Origin: Phoronis australis
Taxonomy: Eukaryota; Animalia; Phoronida
Direction of reading: 5' to 3'
Length of the DNA stretch: 64,000 nt
Assembly (NCBI GenBank): GCA_002633005.1
Contig: NMRA01000140.1
Location: forward strand, 310,001 to 374,000
Every line of letters begins with the position of its first letter. The first letter of the stretch is position 1. Under the pieces are notes generated by a model, which searched no databases, had not been told where the DNA came from, and was given only the letters and a program-made list of their open reading frames with translations. The position numbers were made by a program, and so were the translations under genes. Of this stretch, positions 52,251 through 64,000 are shown in pieces.

Positions 52251-53868
52251 TAGGAAATATTTTTAGTGTTTGTGCTTTGCAGGGGTTCTATGCCATGCAA
52301 ATCAGCCGAAAAGCTACTATCCCGACAGAACGGGACTTAGTGATATAAACTGCGTAGTAAGATGGTGACGTGACAGTTTTTGTCGAACCAACATTCAGTG
52401 CTAACATCAGCAACTGACAAGCCAAGCACAGATTTAAACAGTGGAAGTTCTCTTTTTAAAGCCCTTTGTGACGGGATGTTCAAACGAATACCAAATATTG
52501 CGAGGTCAAAGAAATTCCGCTTTTCTTCAAGCTGGCTCAGATTGACCAACAACATTAAGTAAAGAGAAGTACTTGTGTTAGACGATTGACCTCTCGCCAG
52601 GATTTTGAGTGACGCTTAACTGACCAATCAGAACGCATTCTTGACACACCTATGTTTCCAAGCCGCCATTTTACCCGACAAACAACGCATTACCGGGTAA
52701 AACTTATTGTTTGTTTGTCGACTTTTCGAAAGGGGGCGGAGTTTGTGATAGGTCAGTTGCTGTCGTGCTGCTAAAGGAAGGGCATCAGCTAATGTGGAAG
52801 AGTTTAGTAAGACTACAAGACGCAACCACACTGCTCATGCAGGGTGGTTGAACAGGGGTAAACATTGGGAGCAGGTACAAACCTAGCAGGACTAGAATGT
52901 TGTGACATGCATGCATGACAACCATGAGTGTGAAACAAAAAGGGGAGGGTTGTGGTTGTGTTGTTTCGATTTTGCATGTTGAAAAAATTCTCAAACAAGG
53001 CAAAATGACATTTTTAATTTTCTGTGATTGTACGGTAAAATTTCTTCAGTTTGGGACACAAAATGGCAAAAGGGTGAAAATCATTTTGTCAAATTTCTTA
53101 ACAAAAATAACTTTTCAGGAAACGTTACAGTGCTTTTAACATGGTTTGTATGGCGTATCTATTACCAAACAAGATCTATCAAATTTTTTAGCATTAGCAA
53201 CAATGTGGTAAGCCTCTGACAAATAGAAGTATGGCAATTTTATTTTTGTTCCAAATAGAAGAATGTTTAGCCAACTATATGTGGGTAGAGTTCAATGCGA
53301 TATTTTTGCCACGATTTAAACAGTCTAAAAACTGTAACAGTTACAAACTTGAATCACTTTTAAGTAAACTTAAATGTTTGAAAGCAAAAATTTTTAACCT
53401 TGGAATTCACGCTTAAATACTCATTTGAGTCATCAATACTGTGCAATGTTTGCCCAGAGCAGACAATATTCTAGTAAAAATGGCCCCTATATGTCAATCA
53501 GATGATTCATTATTTGAATGACAGCATTGCATGCACAGACAACTTTATTAGAGTTACCAGTATATGATTACAACCCTATACTATAAATCTAGGTTTAATG
53601 TTTGAACTGCATCAAAATTATTCCAGTCACCATTCCCCATTATAACCCTTTTTCATTTTGTGGCGATTTGAAAACATCTCAAAACAAAGATTTTCACCCC
53701 ACACCAATATTAGCAGCGAAAGTGACCAACAGATGTCATTGTTACCCTCCCTTAGTAATGACACCAGGTGGACCATGAGCCATGAATATAAGCAATGCAT
53801 ACTGAATCACAATGAGCACAAAACTAGGTAGGGACACCCATGATTGGTACCAGGTGGACCTTCACATA

Positions 53869-54221
53869 AGTGCCCTCCACACAAAGACCTACCCTGGAAC
53901 AAGTTACTCCCTAGGTTTGTGTGCTGTCTGGACGCAACTCAAAGTAGCGCAAGTTACCCCACTTGTGACAACTTACGCGCGAAGTAATTATCAGTTTCGG
54001 TTACACACAGATGGGTTTTCTGTTGTGTGCCGTACTCGCATTAGGTGTTCATTGTCACGCACAGAGCAACAACTTCTGCCTTGTACTAGTTATCCAATAA
54101 GTGTGAGTGTGTGTGCGCACGCACATGTGTGTGTGTGTGTGTGTGGATGCTCCACTTAGAAGTGCATGGGGTAAGTTGTACTAGTGCAAGTTGTTCTAGG
54201 GTAGGCTCTGTGCGAATGTGA
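53869..54221. mobile_element. PIF/Harbinger-like MITE containing (GT)n
   Basis: Inverted homolog of 47714-48117; TAA / TAT-like flanks. Confidence 0.65.
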
Positions 54222-56119
54222 CTATATTGTTATAGGGTGTTGACATTGACCCCATATTGTCTGCAGACCAATGCATGACATTCACAGACAAGTATGATGT
54301 GTATACGTAGTCTCAGTTTGAACAAAAATTGTCAAAAATGGTGACCGTGACAATGCAAGAGCAAGATGAAAATGGTCACCAGGGGGATAGATATAAGGTC
54401 TATCAGAAAATGTTTGATAGCGAACAGACTGCATTATGTATGGTTGTAGCAAGGTCTGAAGACAAAACTGAAATGGTCTCCACCTCACAACAGCCCAGTT
54501 ACACAAAATAACTGAAAATGAATGTTTTGATACCTTCACTTTATGAAAATGTATGTAATATTCAAGTGGAAAGGCAGGACATCTGCATCTAGACCGCAAA
54601 TTTTCCCAACCCAAAGAAACATCCTTACTGTATTCCTATGAATTGAATAGAGATATATCATGTGGACAAGTACAAAATATATAATAATATGCAAATTTCA
54701 TCATATGTGTCATAAAGCAGGATATTCCAATGCTGTGGTGAGACGAGTCATTCTCCAGACATTTATTGGTAATGAGGGACCTCCATGTAGGCAGAGCCTT
54801 GGAATGAACCAAACAAACTCACAAGTTCTCATGCTGGTTTTTATTCAACCCATATTCCCATTGTTGTTTCATCAAGTTCCCAATCAGCAAATTCATGAAA
54901 CAGTTGGTCAAACTAACAGCCTTTCTCCAAACACATATTAATCAAAGACATTCAAAAGCACTTAAATGCCATATGCTCCTCAAATTGATTACTGGTTAAA
55001 TATTTGGTCTGAGACTTCTAACAAGTCAACAGAAGGTGGACATGTTTTGCTCTCAGCAGGAAGAATTCTAAAACAAAAGAAAGTAATATTGCTTGAGGGC
55101 TCCATTAGCAGAATTAGATGATTATAGAGATGCTGCTTATCACAACACTGTGGCTTCTAATTCGGACACTAATGATTTTAATGCAGAACACTAATTACCC
55201 ATTGTGTAAGTGTTGAGTCATTCAGAAATTTCAAGTGGAAAATTTATGGTCCACAATCTGGGCCTTGGTTGCATTGAAGTTATTTGGTGGATAGCAACAA
55301 TGACGCAGGCTGTACATTGTCATTGTTGAATAATGCATGCATTTGATGCTACGCAACAATCAAACTGATACAGCAGATAAATATCAAAGTTTCATGTAAC
55401 CCAACACAGAATATTAGAATAAAAGAAAAATATGGACGCCATGATCCCACCTGTATACCAAAGTCGTATGATTGGTGGCCGTATTTTTGAAGTTGTTTAT
55501 GTTTAAGTCCATATGTCTGTCCTTCCTATGAGTTACTGTAAAACAACTTGCCAAACCCAAAAGGGTCAGCTGAGAGTGCATAGTTTTGCAAAATGGTTGT
55601 AGACAATTTGCATTTTTGCTATCAAGATTTTGGATATTTCTCGGTCAAGAGGTTGCAACAAACTGTGGTAATTTCACAATAAAATTGTGTCAGTTTGAGC
55701 ATGCCTTCTACGATCAAAGAACATAATCATTGCACAAACTTTGGCAATTTTCCGTTGGTGCATGGGGAGGGGGTGCAATGGCAAGCCATGACATTTAAAA
55801 CCTTGCTTGAATACATTTGTGTAGTTTTTGAAAAAATTCAAAATCTAGGCTGAAATGGATGTTGGTGGTCAATTCTTTTTACGTAGTGAGGCGCAGATTT
55901 CAAATCCAGGTAAGAACCATAGGCACGCTCTGCAGATATACTCTCGAAAATGCAAGATCATGCAAGACCCTATGCAAGACATCACCATGATGCAATACAG
56001 CCGAAGCTCATGACCACACCAGCTTAACTCGCAAGATTCTTGATGTCCACAGTACTCGGACCAGAAATATAAGACATATCAGAAAATACAGCACGAAAAT
56101 GAATAAAATATATAAAAAT

Positions 56120-56330
56120 AATTGTAGGCGGTCTGGTACAACGTCCAGACGTGTGCAGGCTGCGCATCTGGGTCCAGTCCACTGATCACCTGGAACCATT
56201 TTTATGCTTTACTAATATATAGTTAAAACTGAGGTGAGGAGCTAGAAACCTGACTCTAGCACTCTGTGTGGCCTAGTGGGACTCGAACCCGCGACGTCGA
56301 GTAGTCACACTAGGCCGCACTGCCTCCTCA
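56120..56330 (-). mobile_element. tRNA-derived SINE
   Basis: On the minus strand, A-box-like GCGGCCTAGTG and B box GGTTCGAGTCC, followed by a body and AT-rich tail. Confidence 0.6.
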
Positions 56331-58509
56331 CACGAAAAAGAAGGCATCACTAGATCCACAGCAGATGGTGATCTAAGCACCTTGAATGTTAATGAGCACA
56401 GCTCATAACTCATGTCTACAGCAAAATGAACTGTGAGGACTTTGCCTTGCGAGGCGAATGTCTCTAGTTAGATTTTCTTTACCTGGCGACTGTAAACCCT
56501 CACAGCATGCAGAGTCCACAAAACATTCGGGTGGCAACAATGACACATAGAATTTAAAATGATTTAGTCTTTAATTGATGATACCTGACTTTTACAAAAA
56601 ATGAACAAAAATTTCACCTGTCCACTACATTGCCGCACTAAATAAGCGAGATTTTACCATGGTAACATGGTAATTACTGCACCAATAGATGATGATTGCT
56701 ACTCAGTACCACCTATAAACTCTGCATACCGGAGTTCATGAACTGTAGAGAAACCATCAACAACAATTTCCCAGAGAAATGTTAACTGCAGAAAACAAAG
56801 ATACAAGCCAGCCTTACAATAACAAAGACTGCCTGATTGGTATGAACAGTTTTGACCAGGGAGTATCAAACACTGCCTCAGGCTGTAGAAATTAGCAATT
56901 ATGAACGTACATAATTTCTGATAATATTGTCTGAATGTCTAGCTCAGATCTCAAACAATAATGACGTTAAGCACACACCCTTCAAACTCCAAAAACAGTA
57001 TTCAGTCTGAATTTCACAATGCGCTACATCATATACGATACAAAGCATTTCTAAGTCTAATGATGCAATGAATTCTCATCAATTCCGTACAAAATAATTG
57101 ACGAACACGAACTTTCTCTGTCATCAAACCAAGACTTCTTAACATTATCCTGAATGTCCACAATTTCTGAAAACACTGGCTTGTGGCAGCTGCCGTATAC
57201 AATTTAAAGACAAAGAATTTATTTGGCGTACTTATCTTAGATAAAAAAGGAAAAAATAAAATTTCACAAAACCACCAATTCGTGTCCTAAACATATTTCA
57301 AAATGGTATGTCATAACATAGATGGATAAGGATGATTTTTTAATACGTTAACTTGAAATGGGCAATTAATAATTAAATAGATAAATATTTAAAAAGAACA
57401 AAAGACGATTGAATTACATGGAGTAACTCCAGCAAACAAAGGAACACACGCGCGCTCAACTAACTAACCATATATTAGCTTACCGATCAGTAAACACGAC
57501 CATGGACTGCTGACAAAGAACAATTACGATTTTTAACTGCCACTTTTATAGTGTGTCATTGTACAAAGACCTTAATACGTCAATAATTCATGACTAAGTT
57601 TGATACATGAATGGGCCATTCTGGCGCTAAGTCACCAGCTTAGTCTATAGACAATACAACAGGAGTATATTCTACAGCTTATATGCAATTAAATTTAGAC
57701 AACGCTGTTTAAAAATACATACTGCAGATCACAGTAATAATACTTGTCGATTACTCACCTACTGCCTGAGAGGTAGAAAACTGATATAGAGAATAGTAAT
57801 ATGACATGAAATGGCTCAATTTCAGTTGACAAGATGAGTGTAATTATGTGTAATTTACAAGATTAGCGTAATCATATCTATACCGTGTTGTGACATGACG
57901 GCTATAACTTTTTTTTTTTTAACATTGAGTATCAAAGAACCGCGTGCAATACATATTCAGTTATTATGCAGAAAAACAATTGACACCGTTTTCTATATTG
58001 CAGACCTGACCACCCTGCTACAAATAATCGAAATCGTACCACGCCTTGTTAATGACAGGTAGGGCTTATTAAAAACAAAACACTCAAAGTCATTGATAAA
58101 TTTCTTAGTTTTTGTTTTTGTCCATAACTTGTCCAAAAGATTTTAGAGCTTAAGTTTTAGAATCAACGAAATTGTTCAATGAATTAAATGTGTGTTGTAA
58201 AACCTTACTAACAAGTCTACCTAATTACTAAACATGTACAGCTTTAGATTTTAACTCAGTAACAGTATATACTTTTGGAAAACAGAAATCTCATTAATTT
58301 TTGGTAAATTTTAACAAAAAACCAAAAAAACAGTAACAATAACACAATCAAATTTTATTATTTTTGAAATAAGCAATCAAGAGGAAAACTCAGCAATGCT
58401 GTTAGTTTTCTAAAATATTATTTAGTTTTGGTTTTCTACAGCGTTGGAAATTTTCATCAAAATCATAAAAGCTCTATTCTTCTATAGCCCCTCGAGCAAA
58501 AGTGGAACA

Positions 58510-60300
58510 TTTCAAAGACAATTCCGAACAGCGTTTTGGAAAACACTGAAAAAAGTGTGTTATCTGAGAGTTTCATATGAATCCGATCAGCCACTTCCGA
58601 GATATGACGAGCCAAAGTTAGCCAAATTTGAACATTTTTCCATGGTTCCACATACACCTAACTAAATGTGTTACAACAGCTGCATAACTTGAAGTGAACC
58701 AATTTCATCACAGCTTACACTACTCCCCTCACAGCATGTACTAACACCAACCTTCAGGTACAAGCACTCAGGTATGCACTTCAGGTACCTAACAATACCA
58801 CTTGTGTCTAGCCTCAGGTAACCCATCTCTCTAATTACACCATTGTAGTTTACAAAACCATTGTAAGCGGATGACCCATGAGCAAAGATGGAAAGTATAG
58901 AAACATTGTATTTTATGCAAACAGAAATGAGAAATGGAGTTTTTGTAGGACACAGGTTGAACGAAGATGTAAACAAGGATGCAACACTGTTGATGTCCTC
59001 CATAGGCTCACACGTTGCCCCTCGGGTGGGCTTTTTGGTAAATGAATGTTTTCAATCCATAATTCTTTCATCTAATCTAGGTACTTATTACAGTCAGGAT
59101 AATCCTTTACCTATTTGAAGGGAATAAATCAACCATGAGAACTAGAGCTATGCGCCACAGGAAGGAATGCCTTGTAAATATTTGTGATATTTTCTCCTTT
59201 GACTATAAATAAACTGGTCATGATGGTTTTAATTCTAAGACCATCACAGCCATGATGCCAGCAGGGCAGTATCCACTCAACTACACGGAGTCTACCAACA
59301 GCAGGAAAAACTGCAAAATAACATGGATGGTTCACTAGGAGTCAATAACCGAACCAAAAATCAGCGACTAAACAAAACCTAGGAAGGCTGTGCATCGCTT
59401 GTTTTTTCTGCCCTATTGGAAGCAATGTACACACATCCAACAATCCCTGCAACATCTGGATGGATTCTCTACATATCCATTTACTATACATGACAAATTT
59501 TTAATGGAGTGGTGAAAGATGAAAGCCAACAAAACACCGAAGTTTCACCTTCTGTTGGACTTGGAAAAAAAACATTAACAGATAAGTGCATTGGCACTCA
59601 TGATAATCGCCTCTATTTTTCAAGATATAAAACTAGTAAATGAGAAACGATAACCATCAAACAACTCTAGAATGAAATTTGAATACAATTTCACTTCAAC
59701 ACTCAGTCAGCAGCAAGTTTGAATGAATTATTCAGCAAGTGACTGTTTCATGTTTTATGGCTTGACAAAACATTGCTACGTTCATAATTAATGAATGTCT
59801 GTCATTCGTAGTTTAGCTTTAACTCCATCTGTTGGTGGAAAAAAACAAAGAAGACCAGTCAACTGTTCCTTGAACAAATACCTCATTTACATTTTCTTAA
59901 CAAACCATACACAAGCTATGGCGGATTTACATTCATTATGTTCCTAGGTGTCATTTCATCAAATAGACCTATCATAGGTCCTGAACCTAAGATATCCTAA
60001 ATTTTTATTGGCGAACAATTCATTAACATAGTTTATAAAGGTGGGCTTTCAACTTGAATGTGACCTGTGATCATGTTACGGTCAGTAGCAATGTTTCATT
60101 TGTAACAAAAGAAGTAGAGCTGCCTTTATAATAACCAGTTTGTGACTCCAGACCATACTACCGGTTATGTAGGACCCTCACATAATGTCCAACTTTGACC
60201 GACTTTGGCATATCATATCTCATAAACAACTGATCAAATTCACATGAAACACTCAGACATATTTTACATAATGTTTCCAAAACGCTGATAGGAATTGTTT
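58510..60300. repeat. Pair of diverged inverted repeat copies (~58510-58660 and ~60170-60300)
   Basis: AGCGTTTTGGAAA..TCTGAG.GTTTCAT.TGAAT..GATCAG....GAGATATGA...GCCAAAGT..G.CAAA.TT..ACATT is present on opposite strands. Confidence 0.65.
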
Positions 60301-61391
60301 TTTTAACAGTACGCTTTTGTATGAAGGGATACCAAGAATAGAAGTTTTATCAGTTTCATGAAAATTGTAGCATAAAATGAAAGCGAAATGATACTTTACA
60401 AAACTGTAACAGCGTTTTTGATAACTCACCTTGGACACTTATATTAAATAATATTTATTCATGTTATTGATATCCTTGTTTTGTTAACAATGCATCTTTC
60501 TTTTTTTGCTAAAATCCTACTAAGAAGACATGGTCACGTAACCTAATTAAAAACAGCTTGGTCAAAAGTCAAGATAAAATTCTTCAGGCTTTCTACTGTC
60601 AGAAAATATGTACTTTTATTGAAATAAAATCTACAGTTTTGCAGATATTTGTCTCAATACAGTCTGGTCCATAAGGTCCTACAACACTGTAATAGAAGGC
60701 AGTCCCTGGCTGCTTATAGATATACATACCTAGCTAGTACAGATGTGTCTTCACTTAGCACACAATATGTCCCACAAGTGAAATTCTATTTTGTTAAATA
60801 TTTTCACAAAAGTGAAGAATTTAAAAAGCCATTTTGGCCCATCACAAGCATGCAATGTAGTGCGTAGATGTCACAAAACAACATTTGTTAACCTTCCCAT
60901 TATTTGCAAACATGGGATCAGCCACTGAAAAAAGGAAAAACAAATGTCTGCCTGTGGGCAATTCTTTTTGTGGAAAATAGAATTGCTTACTCTAGACCTC
61001 TGACTATACACAGTCCAAGTCTAGACAAATAATTGCATCTCTCGAAAACAAAGCTTTACTCTATTTGTCACAAGTCAAACCTTTTTTTTCTCTGAGGGAC
61101 AAAGAGTGCACATCAAATCAATAAACAAACACAATTAGATATCTCTTGACAATGTCAAATTAAATGGCTAATTTACAGAAGCTGGCAGCATTGCTACAGG
61201 CCCTGCTATATAGCAACATGCAAACCCCAGGAAGTGCCTAAGAAGCAAACTTTTGATTTAGACCACTTTTCGCTGTAAAATTTATCTCAACTTGTTCTTT
61301 ACTCGATGAGAAATGATTTCTGTGCTTATAAAGACCTGAAAGTTCATTATTCGTCGAGTCCATGCTCACTGCATAAAAGGACACGCTGTGA

Positions 61392-61662
61392 CATGGGTAC
61401 ACCCGGGGGGGGGGCTCGGGGGGGCTCAAATGAGCCCCCCAATTTGGCTAATTGGGCAAAAAGGTCTGCCTCAGAGAAACAAAACGTCTGAGTAAACGGG
61501 ACAAAAGCCCACAAAATCCACGGGAAGTTGGCGCAGATGCATGGTGCATGGGCCTGAACATAGTGGCCTCGTTTTTTTTAGTCCTCATGGATTTCTTTCA
61601 GTAAAATGTCCGCATATCAAAAAATTTGCTCCCCCCTATATTTTAGGCTGGGTACATACATG
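61392..61662. mobile_element. MITE with CATG termini and 5-bp TSD
   Basis: CATGGGTACACCC...GGGTACATACATG; TGTGA on both flanks (61387-61391, 61663-61667). Confidence 0.75.
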
Positions 61663-64000
61663 TGTGACAAGTTGACGTGTAGAGCTTGATCGCAACCAAT
61701 AAGGAAGTGTCATTTCTCCCTAAGGCCTGAAAGCAGCAGCAATTTGACTAACAAACGACTTGAGACCAATCTCATAACAGTAAGTGGTCTAAATTAACAG
61801 TTGGCTTTGTGATACCCACGCACTTCATATAACATAGCACTGTTTAGATTAGGATGTTAACCTGGAAAGATTACTGCATTTTTTCTCAAATTTGTAAATA
61901 CCAAATGCATTGGCATGAGAACGCTGGTGGATTTTGGGATATGGTAATGGACCCATTCCCTCTCTGCCCAATATCAAAAATGTTTTGAGGACAATGAGAA
62001 ATGTCTGTATGGTTGGACTTTGTGGTCAGGCACCTTCATGACATCCCCGATCCACCAGCATAGAACCACCTGTTGGCCAACACGCTGTGAGCATGTTTTT
62101 GACCAGATAATGCATACCACCTGGTATTAGCAAAAAGCGTGTGAAAAAGTGCAAAAATACTGCACAACACTAGGCTCATGACTGGTTGATTTATACCATT
62201 AACAAATTGAATTGAAGGTCTATCTGGAGTCAATTACTCAATAGACTTGGTCAACAGGAGGCAGCTGTGGGCTGACACAGGGACCTGTGGGGACTGTTAT
62301 GAACTGCAGAATGTGTCAAAGACTGTAGCTATTGGCGCTGGAGTCGAGATGACCCCGAAGGTATGTTGACCCAAGAAAATGACATTACCTTACTTCTAAT
62401 AATAGAGTCTTAACAGCTAATTCTTTCAAAGAAAAACACTCTTAATTGAGTTTCATAGTACCGTGGGTAAGACAAAATGAAGGGTGATAGCTGAAAGCAA
62501 TATTTACGTCATCATGTATTTTTTTCAAACGGCCGAATGTCCACATATGTGGGAAGACACGGTCGCACGTTTGAGGAGCCCATGTGTTCTTACTGAACTA
62601 GAAAAAATTCAAATGTTTGATGCATCAGGTTTGATGTGGTTTCTTTAAAAACCATAATCAAATCGTCCAATTATAATAATGAAGTGGATTAGATCGTAAA
62701 AGGCTATAGAGTGTCAACTGGTGGTTTATTACACATAAGGTTCAATCCCCTAAATTCACACAATATGGCTTCAATATAAAGGCCCCCATCTTATCAAACT
62801 CGTTTCCAGAAAATCCTCAAGCCCATCCTAAAAACATGATGAAATTAGGCTGCAATGAGGAAACCAATGACTTTGGAAAAAAAAAACGAATGGGGCACTG
62901 GCCATAGACTTGTTATTGAGATTTGTGACCAGCATAGATCTAACACCTATTCAATCAGAAGCTGTTGTCAAACGTTGGAGAACATGCTGTAACTATCTGG
63001 CATAAAAAACAAACAAAACCAAGTAAACGGAATACAAGACGAATGTAGACCTGGGGACACTAGACTTAACTTTACTGAAATGGACACTAATCCTTGCCTG
63101 AAATTTGAGTGGGTGTTGACAGGCTGAATAGCTTTCATGTGTAGTAGACTAGAGACCCTCCAGGGAAACTGTTAAGTCAATGATATACCAAGGTACCATT
63201 CAGGGGAAAAGATAGCATCAGAGGCTATTAGGAAGTTCTGTAGGCAACCTCACTTCAACATAAAGACATACCTTAGATCAAATCTAAAGCAAGGAGTGCA
63301 GATCTCATAACATATTGAAAATAGCGAATCAATAGAAATGGAGCTTTCAAAACCCAATTGAAATTTAAAATTGGGAAAAGGTTCTTCTATGACTTAACAA
63401 AAACACCCTCTGACAGGTACATAAAACATTGAAATCTTCAACAATCTCGTTAACAGGTATGTAATAGAACTAGTAAAGATATCCTTGAACACCTAGTAAG
63501 GTGTGATGTTTATTCAATCAACAAATGCTGAACATAAAATATGTTTAGCTTCACATTCCTAGAAGCTGACACTATCAGAGCAAGCCATCACACCAGTGTG
63601 AGACCAAACAGTCTATTTGCAGGCGGGATCCGAAGGGCAGTGTGAGAGTCCAGACCCGACCCCCACCCCCCTCAGTCATCACTTCCATCTTTTATAAATG
63701 TCTGACCTCACCAGAACAAAATCCTGGATCAGTGGCTGATATGATACGTATTAGTTCACAACGTGAAGCTAACCGTAATGTACTTTTTCAAACTGTACAA
63801 TTAGCTTATAATAGTCGGTTATTAGAAGCTATAATTTTCGTAAACATAGACGGTAACACTCTATAATTGTCTTGACTGATAACCTGACCATGTAAATAGC
63901 TTTAGGGTTTCTCCATTTATGACAGAAATTACAGATCCATTACAAAATACCATAAAATTCATCTACTGAGGACACGAGTGGGATTTCATTTCGTCAATTT

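Noticed and set aside
56470-56548. Candidate NHS first exon ending CAG|GTAAGA (minus)
   Set aside because: The ATG-initiated frame is phase 0, whereas phase 1 is required; the phase-1 frame has no ATG. It could only be non-coding.
58671-59335. 110-aa ORF / possible LINE relic
   Set aside because: No recognisable motifs strong enough to call.

Overview
AT-rich eukaryotic genomic DNA from a non-vertebrate animal (the repeat content looks lophotrochozoan, but the species cannot be fixed from sequence). It is a draft assembly with two N gaps and several single-n joins. Manual splicing reconstructs three protein-coding genes with phase-consistent GT-AG introns. (1) NDUFB2, the complex I AGGG subunit (minus strand, 3 coding exons, 104 aa, 10142-18387), which the ORF track only partly shows. 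(2) A plus-strand, 6-coding-exon, ~951-aa gene with VWA + DUF4537-like + coiled-coil architecture (VWA3B/C11orf16-like, 19422-28137), head-to-head with NDUFB2. (3) The 3' six coding exons of an NHS/NHSL/GUK-holder family WAVE-homology actin regulator (minus strand, 33371-45831), whose first coding exon(s) were not found. The rest is intron or intergenic DNA rich in transposon relics: a degraded Academ transposase, LINE fragments, tRNA-derived SINE-like heads, a Helentron-type HINE, Tc1/mariner- and Harbinger-like MITEs, and hAT-like elements with 5-, 7- and 8-bp target-site duplications. Three near-identical tandem duplications sit at single-n joins and are probably uncollapsed haplotypes. No CRISPR, rRNA or prokaryote-type system is present, and I found no convincing wholly new biological system. 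The leads below are gene-architecture, regulatory and transposon observations. All family assignments come from recalled motifs, not database searches.
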